64,000 bases of DNA from positions 3,782,001 through 3,846,000 of the forward strand of contig OZ287755.1 of NCBI GenBank assembly GCA_965649765.1, written 5' to 3'. The stretch's first letter is position 1. Every line of letters starts with the position of its first letter. The position numbers and the translations under genes are program-made. This document shows, piece by piece, positions 13,499 to 27,399 of this stretch. This stretch comes from Bispira polyomma (Eukaryota). The notes beneath the pieces were generated by a model. That model was not told the origin of the DNA, did not search any database, and saw nothing but the letters and a program-made list of their open reading frames with translations.

Positions 13499-13982
13499 GT
13501 GTGGTTAGGTGTATGTGTGGTTAGGTGTCAGTGTGGGTAGATGTATATGTGGTGGTACGTGTGTGTGTGGGTAAGTGTGTGTATGGGTAGGTGTGTGTGT
13601 GTGGGTAGGTGTGTGTGTGTGAGTAGGTGCATGTGTGGGTACGTGTATATGTGGGTAAGTTTTAGTTGTTGTATGTGTGGGTACATATATGTGTGGGTAG
13701 GCATCTATATGTGTAGGTGTGTGTGAGTATGTGTGTGTGTGGGTGGGTGGGCAAGTGGGGGTTATTGTATATGTGGGTAAGTGTGTGAAGGGTCGGGCGT
13801 GATTGTATGTGTGGGCAGGTGTATGAGTGGGAAAGTGTGTGTGAAGGACTGTGAGTATGAGGCTGGGAGTGTGATTGGAGGGCTGGTTGTGATTTGGTGT
13901 GTGCGAAGATATTTATGTTAGTGTCTGTGTTTATATGTGGTGTGTGAGTGTGTCTGGTGTATGTGTGGAGGTATGAGAGGTG
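13499..13982. repeat. GT-rich compound microsatellite
   Basis: (GT)n interspersed with GGGTAGGT/GGGTAAGT; gives spurious low-complexity ORFs. Confidence 0.92.
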
Positions 13983-14824
13983 ATTATAATGGTCAAACAA
14001 ATTCTAAAGTTTGACGAACATAAGAAAGTTATCATATTTGGAATAAAATGTCATATTGCTACCCTTGGCCGTTTACATGCAAACAGAGCCTATATAGACC
14101 TGTTCATTAAATTTAAGTGTATTTAAACATGGCAAAGGTGTATATTATACAAATTGGGCAGTATGATGTATTGTAATTATTAATATTTGAAAAAAATTGA
14201 TGGCGGTTTGTTTACTGTGTTACACAGTGTGATTCCGGTAATTGTCATTTCTGAAAATATTGAGACATTGAAATACCCTTGACAATTCTAGACAGATATT
14301 ACTTATTTATATCATACCATTTTAATGGCATGTCTGTATTTATCATATATGGTAGATATATATTTGTCATGATGAAATATTGTATCTACTTTTCATTAGA
14401 CACAACTATTTTGTCTGACTTAAACCTTAAACAGGAGTTTTGTTATTACATTCTTTAATTCATCAACTTATGTGTGAATCCTTGTGTGAAGGATTATTAC
14501 AATCACATTTCAATTTAAACATAGCTATTCAACTTTTAGTAGTATCAATATAGTCCAAGAATACCAGCTATGATATAATTGTACAGTGTACAGGAACCTT
14601 CATAACAACATTCAATATATCAATAAGATCTTTCGGTTCTGTAAACTGTTTATTCTGCAAACGGTAGAATATATTATTTTAAGCTGTACACATAGAAATA
14701 CGTGCCAGGAATACAGTCATATACTCAAAACGTGTTCAGTTGCTATTAAAGTATTCTGTAATATAGTGCACAGGATTTTATACATTAAAAAATATACAAA
14801 TATTTCATATGCGTGTATATCAAA

Positions 14825-17800
14825 ATGGACATTTTTAATGCTGCCAAAGTTGGAGATTTAGCTGAAATTAAAAAGTGTGTCGATATAAACAGCGCAGACA
14901 GTAAACAGTGTACACCGTTATATTTGTCTTGTGAGAGAAACTGTGTTGATGTAGTGAAGTATTTACTAGAGAATGGGGCTGATACTGAGCACCGTGAGTA
15001 TTATGGTCAGGGGACAGCTTTACTTGTGTCAGTACAGGACAAAGAAACACGTGTACTCAGACTGTTACTTGAACATGGTGCCGATGTAAATGCTCATTCT
15101 TGGGACAATCTTACTGCATCGTACATAGCGTCAGCCAAAAAATATACTGAAGCAGTCAGGCTTTTACTAAAATATCATGCCGATCCTAACATTTTATTCT
15201 ATGACGACAAAGAACCACCGCTACATAATGCTACCATGTTTAATTACAGAGAACTGGTTAGACTGTTACTACAATACCATGCCGACCCAGACCTAATGAA
15301 TAAAGAAGGAGATACAGCTTTAACTGTAGCTGTAAGCAAGGGTCACACGGATATTGTAGGCGAGCTACTGAGTCATGGAGCCAGCGTAAACCTGCTGCTG
15401 TGATAGGCAGACACCATTGTATATGGCAGGTTTGTAGATCTGTTCCATCTATGTATTATGTTATCTTTTTACATTCTAGAAGAGTAATTACAACATGTTA
15501 TCACAGCTTCACATATCAGTTTTCATTTTTTTTTTTTTTTTTATTCTTTTTAATAGACTATAGCATATAGTCCTGTCATCAAAGAAACTGGTGTTCTTAG
15601 TACTGAATACAAATGAGGACTTAAATAGTAGTAACCACTGCCTTGTTTGAAATGTGCATTTGGTAAAATGGACAAGTGTGAATAGTATTACTGATGATAG
15701 AATTAGTCATTTAGTTCATCCATAGGTAAATACATAATTATGGTGCCGTTCATCAGGTTATAAGAATGTATAACTTGTATTTGATGCAGGCAACTCAAAT
15801 GCATATACTAATGTATTAGTTTGTAGACTAACCATTACTTCTTCGTTTAATCCTGTCACACGAAGACAGCATGCATACATGAAATAAAACATAATCTGGC
15901 ATTTTAAATTTGATTTATCAACACATAAAACCTTAGTATCTTACGCATTTTAATACTTTAAAAAAATGTTTGACTTTAAAGTTTAGTCATAGGGGTTAAA
16001 CATCTAATTATGTCTTAAACATTTGGAAAAAATCAATGTTTCTAAAAAACGTCAATACAAGGCTTATATAGTCACGTTTGTGAAAGATGTACTTCAAATA
16101 TGTTTAATGTAATATTTGTTGCTAATAAATTGTTAAAATGGCTGTAAAAATTCAATAAAAAAATCTGTAGATGGTTGACGTATCTCTCTAGTTACCTCAG
16201 ATCTGACAACACAAACCATACACTTTAGATATTTACACCATTATAACTGATCTTTATGCCATCTGTGAATAATACAATGTACCTATACTTGAAATATGAT
16301 TATCCTATGTTAATACTTCTGTACAGACACATTGATTTTGTAAATCAAATTATATGTTAGGTGTGCTTCATTGGGTGTTTGTTTTAACTATTGTCTTCGC
16401 TGAGAACTTTATGTTACTAGGTGTCGAAATTTGAACTATTTATGAAATAATTTTGTGATTAGTTTGACTTTCATTCAACTAGATTTGAAGCTGTACTAGC
16501 ACACGAATACTCCCACAAAAACCACGTGCAAAATGTTAAACCAATTTTATAAGTACATAAATAACATTTTGTGCCCCCTTAAAAAAGTATTAACTGATCT
16601 TGACAGACAATGCAATACTGCATGGATTATATGAAAGTCCCACACATTTCCCTTGTATTTTCACAAATTACAGCAGTAAAGTTGGTGCTGTGAATCTATA
16701 AATAAAACACCTGACAAAAAAGCTTTTATAGTCATCATTTTGGCAAGAGCTAAAATATAGAAATATACTGACAACGAAAAAGTAATGCAACTAATTGAAA
16801 AGTTTTGTTTTGTAATCTGTCACACAGGTATATTACATGTATTTCAGTTGTGAAAGGTTCTAAGGAAATTGTGGAGATGCTAACTGTAGCTGGTGGAGAT
16901 GTTGAAAGCAAGCTTAAGTCTGATGGCTCCACCGCTCTGATTGCTGCTGTCAAGAATAAAAATTCATCTGTGATAGATGTGTTGTGTAGGTGCCAATTTC
17001 GATGTAAGTGACAAAGATGGCAACACAGCGGTACATGAAGCTGCTGCAAATAATAAAAGAATAGATGCCATGAAGATCCTGTTGAAATACTTCCCAGCAC
17101 TCACCCAAAATAAAAAGGGGAAAACACCACAAGATATTGCCAAAGAAAAAAGGGTATAATGATGTTGTGGATATCATAGAGGAGTATGTTCAAGCCAAAA
17201 AAAAAATGAAGCCAGATGCTACAACAACTGCCAAAAGGATGAACAGACTCCAGCTCGAGACTGCAGCTGCTGCCAAGAAGACAGAGAGGCCGCAGCCACT
17301 TAATAAGATGGAACGACCACAATCAGGGATAACACAGTACACTAGAACAATGCAAGCTGAAATGAAAGAAATAAAGAACCTGCTTAACCATCAACAGGGA
17401 ACAGGAACACAATATGAAAAACGTTTAGAAATGATTGAGAAACGCTTGGATCAACTGTTGGCAAGGATAGAGGAACTAGAGAAAAATCAGTAAGCTACAG
17501 TGGAGGCAGCCGCAAATGAAAGCTTAAAGACAGAACTGTGGAAGGTTGTTAGTGAAATCAGTGAGGAAATAGAAAAACTACCTGAACCCAAAGGCAGTGT
17601 CAAAGGTAAATAACGAGCTTAGCACACCATTGTTATTATTTGTATATTATATATATATACTGTGTACATATCCAGTTGTACTATAAATTTTTACTTATTA
17701 TTATTATAGTTCAGTAATGACATATGATCAATGATATTCTGATCGATTTTACTCTCACTAAATTGCTTTATATTATTCACCTATTTGTTACATATGTTAT

Positions 17801-18117
17801 AACTGATATAAATAAAACAATTTAAAAAATAGATAATGCCATACAATACTATAATTCCAGATCTTGGGAACAAACACATTTTTCACATTGCCCAGAAAGT
17901 GGGATCAAAGTGGAAAGAGCTTGGTGCCTGCTTAGGCATGGATCTACATGACATAGAGAGGATCCAGATGGAGAATCGACATGATTTAGTTTACTCCACA
18001 TGGGCTTTGCTGATCCACTGGAGGGAAGGACAGAGTACATCAGTTGACGCAAAGAGGACAGAACTAAAGAAGGCTGTGAAAGATATATATAGGATGGACC
18101 TGGTATCTTACATTTGA
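14825..18117 (+). pseudogene. Ankyrin-repeat / coiled-coil / death-domain protein, 3 exons (14825-15429, 16848-17605, 17861-18117), disrupted
   Basis: Ankyrin motifs (TPLYLSC..VVKYLLENGAD, TALLV, PPLHNA, GDTAL, GNTAVHEAA, GKTPQDIA). Both GT-AG introns are phase 1, and the first join restores TPLYMAVVKGSKEIVEML. Last exon is death-domain-like (IAQKVGSKWKELGACLGM..DIERI..ALLIHW). Frameshifts near 15400, 16985 and 17150, and an in-frame TAA at 17491. Confidence 0.85.
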
Positions 18118-19639
18118 TGGTTTTGTTGGATTATTATAACTACTATACTGTCATCTGTCTTTTTGTGTTGATTGTCAATTATAACATTACTGCTTACTTT
18201 AACAATGATTATTGTGGATAATTTCATGTGATTTTCGGAGCTATTCAAACTATTTTGCTTCGAGTGTACTCACAGGATTATAGCACTATCATTTTTCTAA
18301 GAGTGTACTTCTTACAGATAACTTAGTTTAGTTATATTTTACATGAGGTACGTATTACAGTAAAAATAATAGTACCATTACAATATTGTACATGTTAAGA
18401 CCATAACTTTGGGGACTTATATATGCGGTACTGTATTTTTTTGAGTGATATAATTTAAACTTATGCACACTAACTGTTTTCATTGTTCAATATATTGTAA
18501 TAGGGATTACCGGTTATTTAGACAGTGTTTGCTTCTTTTACATTCTTTTGGTTGTATTTATTCTAGGCATGAAATGAATGTGTCATATTAACTGTATACA
18601 AAATAATTTGCTGATCAAAAGCTTTGTATTAGTTAAGTATATGTCTTCCTACGCAGGATTATAGTTAGTAATGGATTTTAAAAGTGTCAAATTGATGATA
18701 CATCCTCTAGAGTGCTGGCTCTTCAAGACAGATCGTCCATTAGTCAGAAAAATTGCAACTAAGGAGCTCCACAAAGAGTTCAGTTTGAATTTAGTTGATA
18801 TTTATTCTTTTAATAGCTTAGGTTGATTGAATTCACTTGGAACACAAGATTTGACAAGAGATTCATCTCTTTGGAACTACATGAATCTCTTTTTTTACAA
18901 TATACATTACATTATTTCACAGACAAACATGTAATACTTAACAGTACAATACATTAGGACATTGACAGATACACCGTATGATATATATTATATCAGATAT
19001 ATATACCTATGAGGATAGCTTTAGTGAATCAAAGTGGCCAACTCATTTGCACTCAAATTCGACTTTCAATAAATTTCATAGATGTAATATTTCTGGCCCC
19101 ACCATAGAAACATCGTAGATTCCCACTAAACATGAAATATTTTTTACCCAAACTCACACACTGATGAAAGAAACCCCCTATTGAAACAGATTCGAACCTA
19201 AGGCTTTACACTGACATTCTAAATTCCTAGTGTGGATCCCCATAATATATAACCTAAAGATTCCCCAGCAATAGATAGCTCATGGGCCATTCAGTGTCAC
19301 AGATCATTTTTTTTCAAACTTTGTAAATTGTGTGACCACTTGGTTGGGAGCAAAACTGGGTTTGAACCGTAAAAGTTGTCTGACCACTTGTTTGAAAGAG
19401 GAATATCTCAGGAAATGTTTTGATTGTCTATGAGAAATTCTTTTCATTGCACAACTGTCAAAATATGGGGTTGGAAAGAGTTTCTCATTTCTTTTTTCTA
19501 AATTGTTTCTAAATCATTTTTTTTTTCTCGTATTATTTAAAAAACAATAATTTGCTAGGGAAATGGGGGCTTTGTTTTTCAAGTTGGTAAATATTTGGGC
19601 TTTTTTTATTTCTGTTACTGGGAGATCTACTATCATTTA

Positions 19640-21212
19640 ATTTTTACTTTTGGGTTATTTTTCAGGGGACGGTGTAATGTCTTTGTTTGGGGTTATATTT
19701 TGGGTTTTGAACTTTGGGCCGATGATATTTGTATTTCTGTCTGTATGTGTGAATTGTTTTTGAAGGGATGGTATAATCTGTTTGTTTGGGATTCTATTTT
19801 GGCTTTTAAAATTTGGGCTAATGGTATTTTTATTTCTGTCTGTATGTGTGAATTGTTTTTGAGAGGACGGTTAAACCTGTTTGTTTGGGGTTTTTCTCTC
19901 ATGCTGTATCTTGCTGAGGGTTGTGAATGTCTTATTGCGAAAGTTCTGGATGTCCCCCTCATCTAACTTCTCAGCTTCTGCTGCCAGATACTGAAAAAAG
20001 GGCACCTGGTTTGACTCTGGATACTCTTGAGACTTGTCTCTGTGGCACTGTTTCCAGCAATGCTGGAACACCTTGACAAGATGTGTACCTCCGCCTGACG
20101 TTGTGAGGAAGCTCTCTGTGTGGATGTGACACCTGGTTTGAAAGCCAACGACTTGACATGATGCTCTATGTTGGAACTCAGAAATAAGAAGCAACTGAGG
20201 AGCCAGTTCTTCCTTTCTGTGAAATCACCTTGTCCTGACTTCTTGGCCATCAACTTGCCACAGCAGGTATGTTGGGATTCGAACCAGGTCTTGACTTGAG
20301 GGCACGACTGGTGGCAAACTCTTCTTAGAGCCTCTCCTTCAAAGATCTGTCTTTGAACAGTCATGCCGTTTGTTGTATAACCCTTCGTTATCCAGGACAA
20401 AATCCACAATGGCCTCTTCATCTGACTTGGTCAAGATCACGTGAACCATCTTCCCGGCCTTCCTAACTCGACCCCTGTACTGTGACGATTCTAAAGATCC
20501 CTCTCTGTCATTCTTCTCACTGGGTACCAGACTTGCCCTCTCATCTTGCTTCTTTCTCTGTCTTTCTATCTCATCACTGATTACACCTACTTCAAACTCC
20601 ATCTGTGGCTCCTTCTCTGTCTCAATCGTCCTCTTCCTCCTCTTTCCTCTCAGCATATTTATGTTGTGTATAAAAAAACCTAAGCCTTAAAAATTTCTCT
20701 AAATCAAGCCTAATAATACAAAAAAAAAACAATAAAAATTCTCTCTGCTGCAAAAACACAACATGTATCACCAGCCAGCAATCTCCAAATACAACGAATT
20801 CCACACTGCCAGGATGTTTTTATACCCAAACACCCCGACAAGCCCAAGTTCGATCCTATTGGTCCTTAGTGAATATGTCCCATCCTATTAGTTGTAGGTT
20901 CGATACTTTAGTTCACCCGGCAGATCCGATAATCAATACGTTCTATGGCCAGTTCGATCATGGTAAGACGTATCAGCTACATGTTCTGACTGGTTGACAG
21001 TAAGGTTAATCACCTATCAGACAGAACGTATTGACAATACGATCGGACATATTTATCAATCCTGGTTAGAGGTACGCGGAGGTAAGTCAGGGTGCTTTTA
21101 GAAAATATCAAACATGTTGAATATCCTTCCCGACCTCCGCAACCACCCAGATTTCGCCCTCTGACCTATAATGACACACCCCGACCAAATCGGCATAGTG
21201 GAACCACCATTT
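19640..21212 (-). mobile_element. Harbinger/PIF-like remnant encoding a degenerate MADF (Myb/SANT-like) protein
   Basis: EEAIVDFVLDNEGLYNK ... VKTWFESQ..GKL..KSGQG..TERKNWL..F.FL (MADF-like) and downstream FFQYLAAEAEKL..QNFRNK. Candidate terminus ATCGGCATAGTGGAACCACC at ~21190-21209. No transposase seen. Confidence 0.62.
19667..19892. repeat. ~99-bp tandem repeat, ~2.3 copies
   Basis: GGA(C/T)GGT..AA..TGTTTG(G)GG ... TATTTCTGTCTGTATGTGTGAATTGTTTTTGA recurs with a period of ~99. Confidence 0.85.
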
Positions 21213-21249
21213 AATGTTTACAATCAACTCGGTCAAAGATATCAGTGTA

Positions 21250-22800
21250 ATAAACTTTTAATTTTTATTTTACAAGTCCTAAATATTCAACTAAATTAAG
21301 CGGTTTATTAGCTGTTCGTGATTTATTTAAATACAATTTTCCTAGAATAATTAATTTTTTTTTTATATTTATGGTACTAAAGTGTTGTTCCAATATACCA
21401 ATTCCATACAACACTTCATATATTGTGTATTATGATTCTTGCCCAATATTCAATGTTGTATACAACCGTCTTTGTTTCTCAAGCTAAAATTGTTTACTGT
21501 AAGAACAATCAAATAAGTGGTGTTTTAGAGTATCAACTATATTACAATCATTACATGTTGGAGTTCCTTTATATTCTATTTAAATTTAAGTTACAATTCA
21601 GAATTCTGTTTACTATTTAATTAAAAGATTTGCAGATAGGGCTCTTTTACCATGTTTATGGTGCAACCTCTATAAATGGAAATAGATCCACCCATGTATC
21701 CATGGGCTCCTCAAGTTTACTGTTAATGATTTTCCAGTACGAAGCTGTGTTATTAATTCTGATAAATTTTTACCTACTCCATTTACATTGACCATTGGTT
21801 CTCCTATTATCTCTATGTCAGTGATACAATTATTTTTAACTTTTTCTTTCCATGATATAGGTATGGCACTAATAATGGTATTGTAGGCTAGAATACATAT
21901 TGTGGTGAAACCGGGTTTGGCTTGTAGTACGAACCCCAGCCGCAGAGCCTCAAAGTGATATAAAAGGTCAAGGGCAGTCTGGAATCGGGGTAGTTATCTT
22001 GAGAAGTTCCAACTAAAAGGAGCGCCATATTGGAAAAGCTTTATATTCTCAGCCTTTGCTGTTGGAAATCAACAGTTGAGGCATTTCACAAATACAAGAG
22101 ACTACACAGTTAGTTGACTGTGTATATAACAGTGATTAGAGCCAGCTCTGTGAAGTGTTAACAGCACAAGCTTCAGGGCTGGAGCAATAACATATAGCGG
22201 CAAGGTTAGTACACAAGAGTTTACTTTAATATGTTCAAATTAGATTCCGTTTTCAGCTGCTCAAAGGTCAAAAGGTGTCCTTGGTATGTTAACAAGTATT
22301 TCAAAATCAAATCCTTGGTATGCAACCTAGTTAAGTTGTACTTCCTTGCCAGGCTTCTTATCAGAGCAGATATATTTGTTATCAAAGATGAGCTCATTAC
22401 AAATATCTTATACTTATCATCCATTTATCTCTTGCCAGCTTTCAAACAGTTGTTTGTGAAAAAATGTTTGGCATTTGTCTTCATAAGACTTAAGTAAGTA
22501 GTTTGTTTTTCATTATCTGTCTATATCTACTTAACAGATGCCATGTCAAATATTGCAACTTTCCTGTTTCTGTGTTACACACTAATAATTATTTTAGCCA
22601 CCTTATTCTTACTGTTGTGTGTATTATATATATATCTGGCATTCTAAGTGCCCCCTTGTAATAATTTGCAATAATTGTGCTACCCTTTACTTTTGATGGA
22701 TTTGTGGCCCATAAAAAAATAGTTTGTCAATTTTTTGTAGCATGTTTAAAGGACAATAACATATTGACATTAAATATATGATCTGCGGTAAGACTAAAGC
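21250..22800 (-). mobile_element. L1/Tx1-clade LINE ORF2 3' fragment (degenerate, interrupted)
   Basis: Minus strand reads GHLLTFEQLK, LAYNTIISAIPISWKEK and IVNRILNCNLNL..PTCNDC, typical of the L1/Tx1 C-terminal region. Confidence 0.6.
21901..22192 (+). mobile_element. Possible LTR fragment inserted into the L1-like LINE
   Basis: TG...CA-bounded, GC-richer block with internal TATAAAAGG, followed by PBS-like TA(T)AGCGGCAAGG. It splits the LINE reading frame. No clean TSD. Confidence 0.4.
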
Positions 22801-22920
22801 TTTCATTATTAAAATTTTACTTTTGAGGGATAAATTTCGACAGCTTCAAATTTGTAGTATTTTTGGCATGAAACTCATTAGGAGTACTTACAAGGCAATG
22901 GTCATATTTGTGGACTTTAT

Positions 22921-23272
22921 TAGGGTGATGTAGTATGTACATCGTATCACAAAGGTTCACACCTTAGTGTGATGTAGTATGCACATAGTATCACAAAGGT
23001 TCACACCTTAGGGTGATGTAGTAAGCACATAGTATCACAAAGGTTCACATCTTAGGGTGATGTAGTAAGCACATAGTATCACAAAGGTTCACATCTTCGG
23101 ATGATGTAGTATGCACTTAGTATCACAAAGGTTCACACCTTAGGGTGATGTAGTAAGCACATAGTATCACAAAGGTTCACATCTTAGGGTGATGTAGTAT
23201 GCACATAGTATCACAAAGGTTCACATCTTAGGGTGATATAGTATACACATAGTATCACAAAGGTTCACACCT
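22921..23272. repeat. Minisatellite, 44 bp x8
   Basis: Unit TAGGGTGATGTAGTA(T/A)GCACATAGTATCACAAAGGTTCACA(C/T)CT, head to tail with no spacers. Confidence 0.97.
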
Positions 23273-25239
23273 GTTGTTAAGACATTCAAATGCAGGCCTG
23301 TTTATTGAAGTCACCTTAAACATGGCGATTTTCAAATAAAGTCAGAACTAAGGTGAAGGATATAGTAAATGAGCTAATGGCCTTCAGATGTAGAATGACC
23401 TTGAAATAGGGTGAAAGACTGATTTGGGATATGTATTTAGTATTTGACAGTTTACAATAACAGTTACTAAGAAATATCGATTTTAAAACTTGTACACTGT
23501 AAATTTCAAAAACACTTGCAACAACTGTGTGCAACTAAAAGTACCAATAAACAGCACGAGACCATGACATGAATCAATTTTCTTACAAGAATATAAGGAA
23601 AGGCTAGCTTTAAACATGTAGAGGTTGTGCTTCGTGTTTTATAGCAAAACAGCTTTAAATCACAGAGGCTCTCACCATGCTAATTTAAGTCAGTAGCTTG
23701 ACAGTCAAATTTAGGAGGGAAACAGGCTGGGCAGTCTAGAATATTTCAAAAAGTATTTAAGGTAAACTTAATTGAGGAATCTATGTCTTAAAAGTCACAA
23801 TCAATGGTTGGTGGCATGACATAGGGCTGAACCATACATAAACACATACAGGGAGGGTGGAACTGTTTTATTTGTAGGTTTCAACTATGGCTTACAAAAG
23901 TAAACTATAAATTAAGAACCCCAATTATAATTTACGACCAACTGTAAGGATGTGATTGGAGGTGCCCTTGGTGAGATAACTAATCTAGTTATAGACAGAG
24001 TGATAGAAGTAATGGTTAAATAGACTGTTAGTTAACCAAACCAACATGCAGCAACAGTGCTATGTTTGGCAAAATCACTGAACGTAGTTGACATATCTTT
24101 TCACGAAAACGTACTAGTACACTTAAAGAATATCCCATGAGCTCTTTCCAGATATGAATGTTTATATCCATTTGTGTGTTATAGTTATGACATGAGCCAC
24201 GTCATGTCCAGTGATTTTCTGAAGTCAGTCCTCTCAATAATTTCATTTAGCAAATAGGTATCAATTATTTACAGGGAGTATTTGTTAACAGTTCATGTAC
24301 TATATTGTAAAATAACTGAATCATACAAAACATCAGTGAATAATTTTTAGGTGATGTATAATGTACTCAAACAGGGAAGATAGTTGTGGTTTATATGTGT
24401 GCACTCTGTTACCATGTACTAAAACACAACTACATTTTTGAGTATGCGGCACATTTTACCAATCATATTTTTAATGAGTCTTCATTCAATATTTCACCTG
24501 GTGAAGTACCTATTTTAACAGTTCAGTTTAAATGTTCACGATACTCTGTGCATGTATTGACTGGAAAAAAGGATTACCTAAAGGATTACCTAAAGTTTAT
24601 TGGTTATGTATAGTTAAGGTGATGGAGATCCCCCAAAGATCCTACAAAGCACCAAAAGGACAATTACTATGATTAACTTCAATTGAGTTATGAAACCTTC
24701 AGTAGAATGTGAACTAGGGCTTGTGAATTCACTAACTTGGATAAAACTGAACACAAAATGAGCTTAAGATCAGGATCAGCCTAATAAAGGCTCAGCTGAT
24801 GTTTGAATTAAATCGATATTTACAATACAAAGATCACCTAATCCAAAAATGGTATCATTTTCAACAGTAAAAACACAAGTTTAAGTTTCTTACACATATT
24901 AAACAGAATTAAAATGAATTGATTTTTATTTCAATTATATTTGTATGCATTAGGTTCATTATTGTAACAAATAATATTTGAATACAAAAAATTAAGTTCC
25001 ACCCACGTTTAATCCTTGAGAAATACCCCAAAACATAGTAATATTTTACAACTCTGTCCCTCGCTCATCCTTTCCTCAGTAATTTTTTGTCTGAAGTTAA
25101 GCAGATTTTAACTGATGTTTCCCTAAACCCTTTAGTAAATATGGAGTATCACACTGTTGTCTCTCGGTAGTGTTTCTGCTGTCCTGTATTTCCGTTAGCA
25201 GTTTTGTGAGAGGAGGAGGGCTCTTTTCTCTGTGAGGAC

Positions 25240-25555
25240 CACCAGTGGATGGCTGGATCTAATGTTTTCCTTATTTGTGCTCCTGTGATATAGGATTGTA
25301 ATTACGTTGAGCTTAAATCATTAGAAACATTTTCTGGGTTTAAGAGAAAACTAAAAACTTATCTATCCAAACGTGTTTACAAGCAACTTTCCCTCAATCC
25401 CTTCCTTGTGGACCCCTACATGCTTCCTTACGACCTGGCTAGATTTCTGTTGACTTCCTGGCTGGTTAAATATACCCGTTGTTGCACTTTAGAAGATGCC
25501 TCACATTGGAAAGGCACATTTAATAGGCAAAATACAATAAAATATTGTATTTGTA
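25240..25555 (+). mobile_element. L2 LINE 3' fragment
   Basis: FKRKLKTYL-like C-terminus plus TTTAGAAGATGCC tail motif. Confidence 0.6.
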
Positions 25556-27399
25556 TTCTTTATCCAGTTTTCTACCCCTATGTATCATCCTGTACCTGGT
25601 TGCCCTGGGTGGGATCGAACACATGTCATCTGTGTTCTTAAGCGAGTATGTGACACACTGGGTCATAGTGGCAGAAACATATTTTAACATAACTATCCAT
25701 TAAAATGTCTTCTTGTTGTTTATTCATTACCTTATCATGGTTTTCGCCCATGTCCATTGCTTGACTGTTTTCTTTGTTTGCTTTTGTTTACTTATGAACA
25801 AATTTGCGAACAAATTTCTGAAGGCAGAATGGGTTATGGAACAGTTCGTCATTTTTGAAAAGGCGTACATTTAGAATAAATTAACTTTGTCAATGGCTAA
25901 ATCACTATAAAGAATGTGACAGACTTTTCCATATAAAATAATGAACAGGATTTGTAGCCACAACATTGGTAAGACACCAGTAATTACTAGAAATGGATTC
26001 TAACCACTATGTCACCGCAGCCTTTGTTTTTGTGTCTGTTTGTATTTTCTTGAAATGATTGAAATAAAATATGATGGAAAAATGGGGCATTAATCAAATA
26101 CACTTTGAAGCATATGTGGGTACAAGAGAATATTTGTTATATTTTGGTACCATGTGGTGGAGATAGGCCCTGAACTCTGTGTCGTGCTAGTCTATGGCTT
26201 AAAGTCACGACTAGAATATTTAAAATGAATAAAGCAAATTAACACACACTCATCATAAGGCTTCAGCCATCTAAAATTTCAATCAAAAGAATATCAGACT
26301 AAGTGAAAAATAAATATAATTTTCCTATTTCAAGTTTAAATTAAAACTATGTTTAATTTACAAAGTTATAATATACAAAGGTGGCACAAAAGACTTTTCG
26401 AGATTACATACTTTGATATTTAATCTAATTGAAATGTTTATACTTTATTTGTGACAATTACCTGTGTTGAACAAAACTATTAATATTGACAAAAAATTAA
26501 GTAGAACGTTTATTATGTAAGGTTTTTAGTTTCAGATGATTATAACTTTGATGAACTCCATTTTTACTTTTTCAAAAATGATTGCAGTGTCCCTGTGTGT
26601 ATTAAATGTCTGTCTCTGTGTTTATGTTCTAGTTCATACGCCTCCTACTATCTGAACAAGTTATCACTCTCCAAAAGTCTTTGCAAAATAGAGGTTCTAC
26701 AACTGAACCATTGTTGAGAATTCCATTTAAAATCTGCAAAAGAAAAATTCTAGTTTCGAATATAGTAGTAAAAGTGCAATGTCAGGTCAACTGATGGCCC
26801 TACTGCCCCTTTACTGTGATAATATCTGCCACTATGGTCTAGTGTGTAACAGCATCACTTATATGGTGATATGGTTTAATATGGACCTAGAGAGCCCAGC
26901 TGCAAGCACAGAGGCCGTGGTGCCTGATTTTCTCTTCCAGTGGGTAGAAAAAACACATTCGAAAGAAACTATGAGCTTTTGCTATTTTTTTAGGTATTTA
27001 TACTTTCTTTTTTTGAAATATAGACATATATACTGTATCTCTACTATTTAACATCTTCTGTGAGAACATCAACTAACAAACTGAGAAGAGATGGATTTAT
27101 GTAATTGGTCACTCTTTCCATTAATGCCTTTTTATATTCTACAATGAAGCTGCCATCTGTGTGAGGTCTGTTTCAGACATTTGTTTGTTATTATTAAACC
27201 AATATTGGTGGAGGTATGCTCTTTACTGAGTGTCCGTCTAGTGTCATTCAATTTTAGTGTAGTTCCTATTTCCTGTGTTATTCAACTTTTAGAATTCAAT
27301 TAATATAAGCCATATCTACCCAAAAAAATTGGATAAAAATTTGTTTAAAAAAATTAAGACTTGTTAAGTGTTCCTGTCTTTGTACGATCAGTTCACAAG

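Noticed and set aside
13541-14000. Cys/Val-rich and His/Thr-rich ORFs
   Set aside because: They are translations of the GT microsatellite.
22921-23272. CRISPR-like regular array
   Set aside because: Units are contiguous with no unique spacers, there are no cas genes, and the context is eukaryotic.
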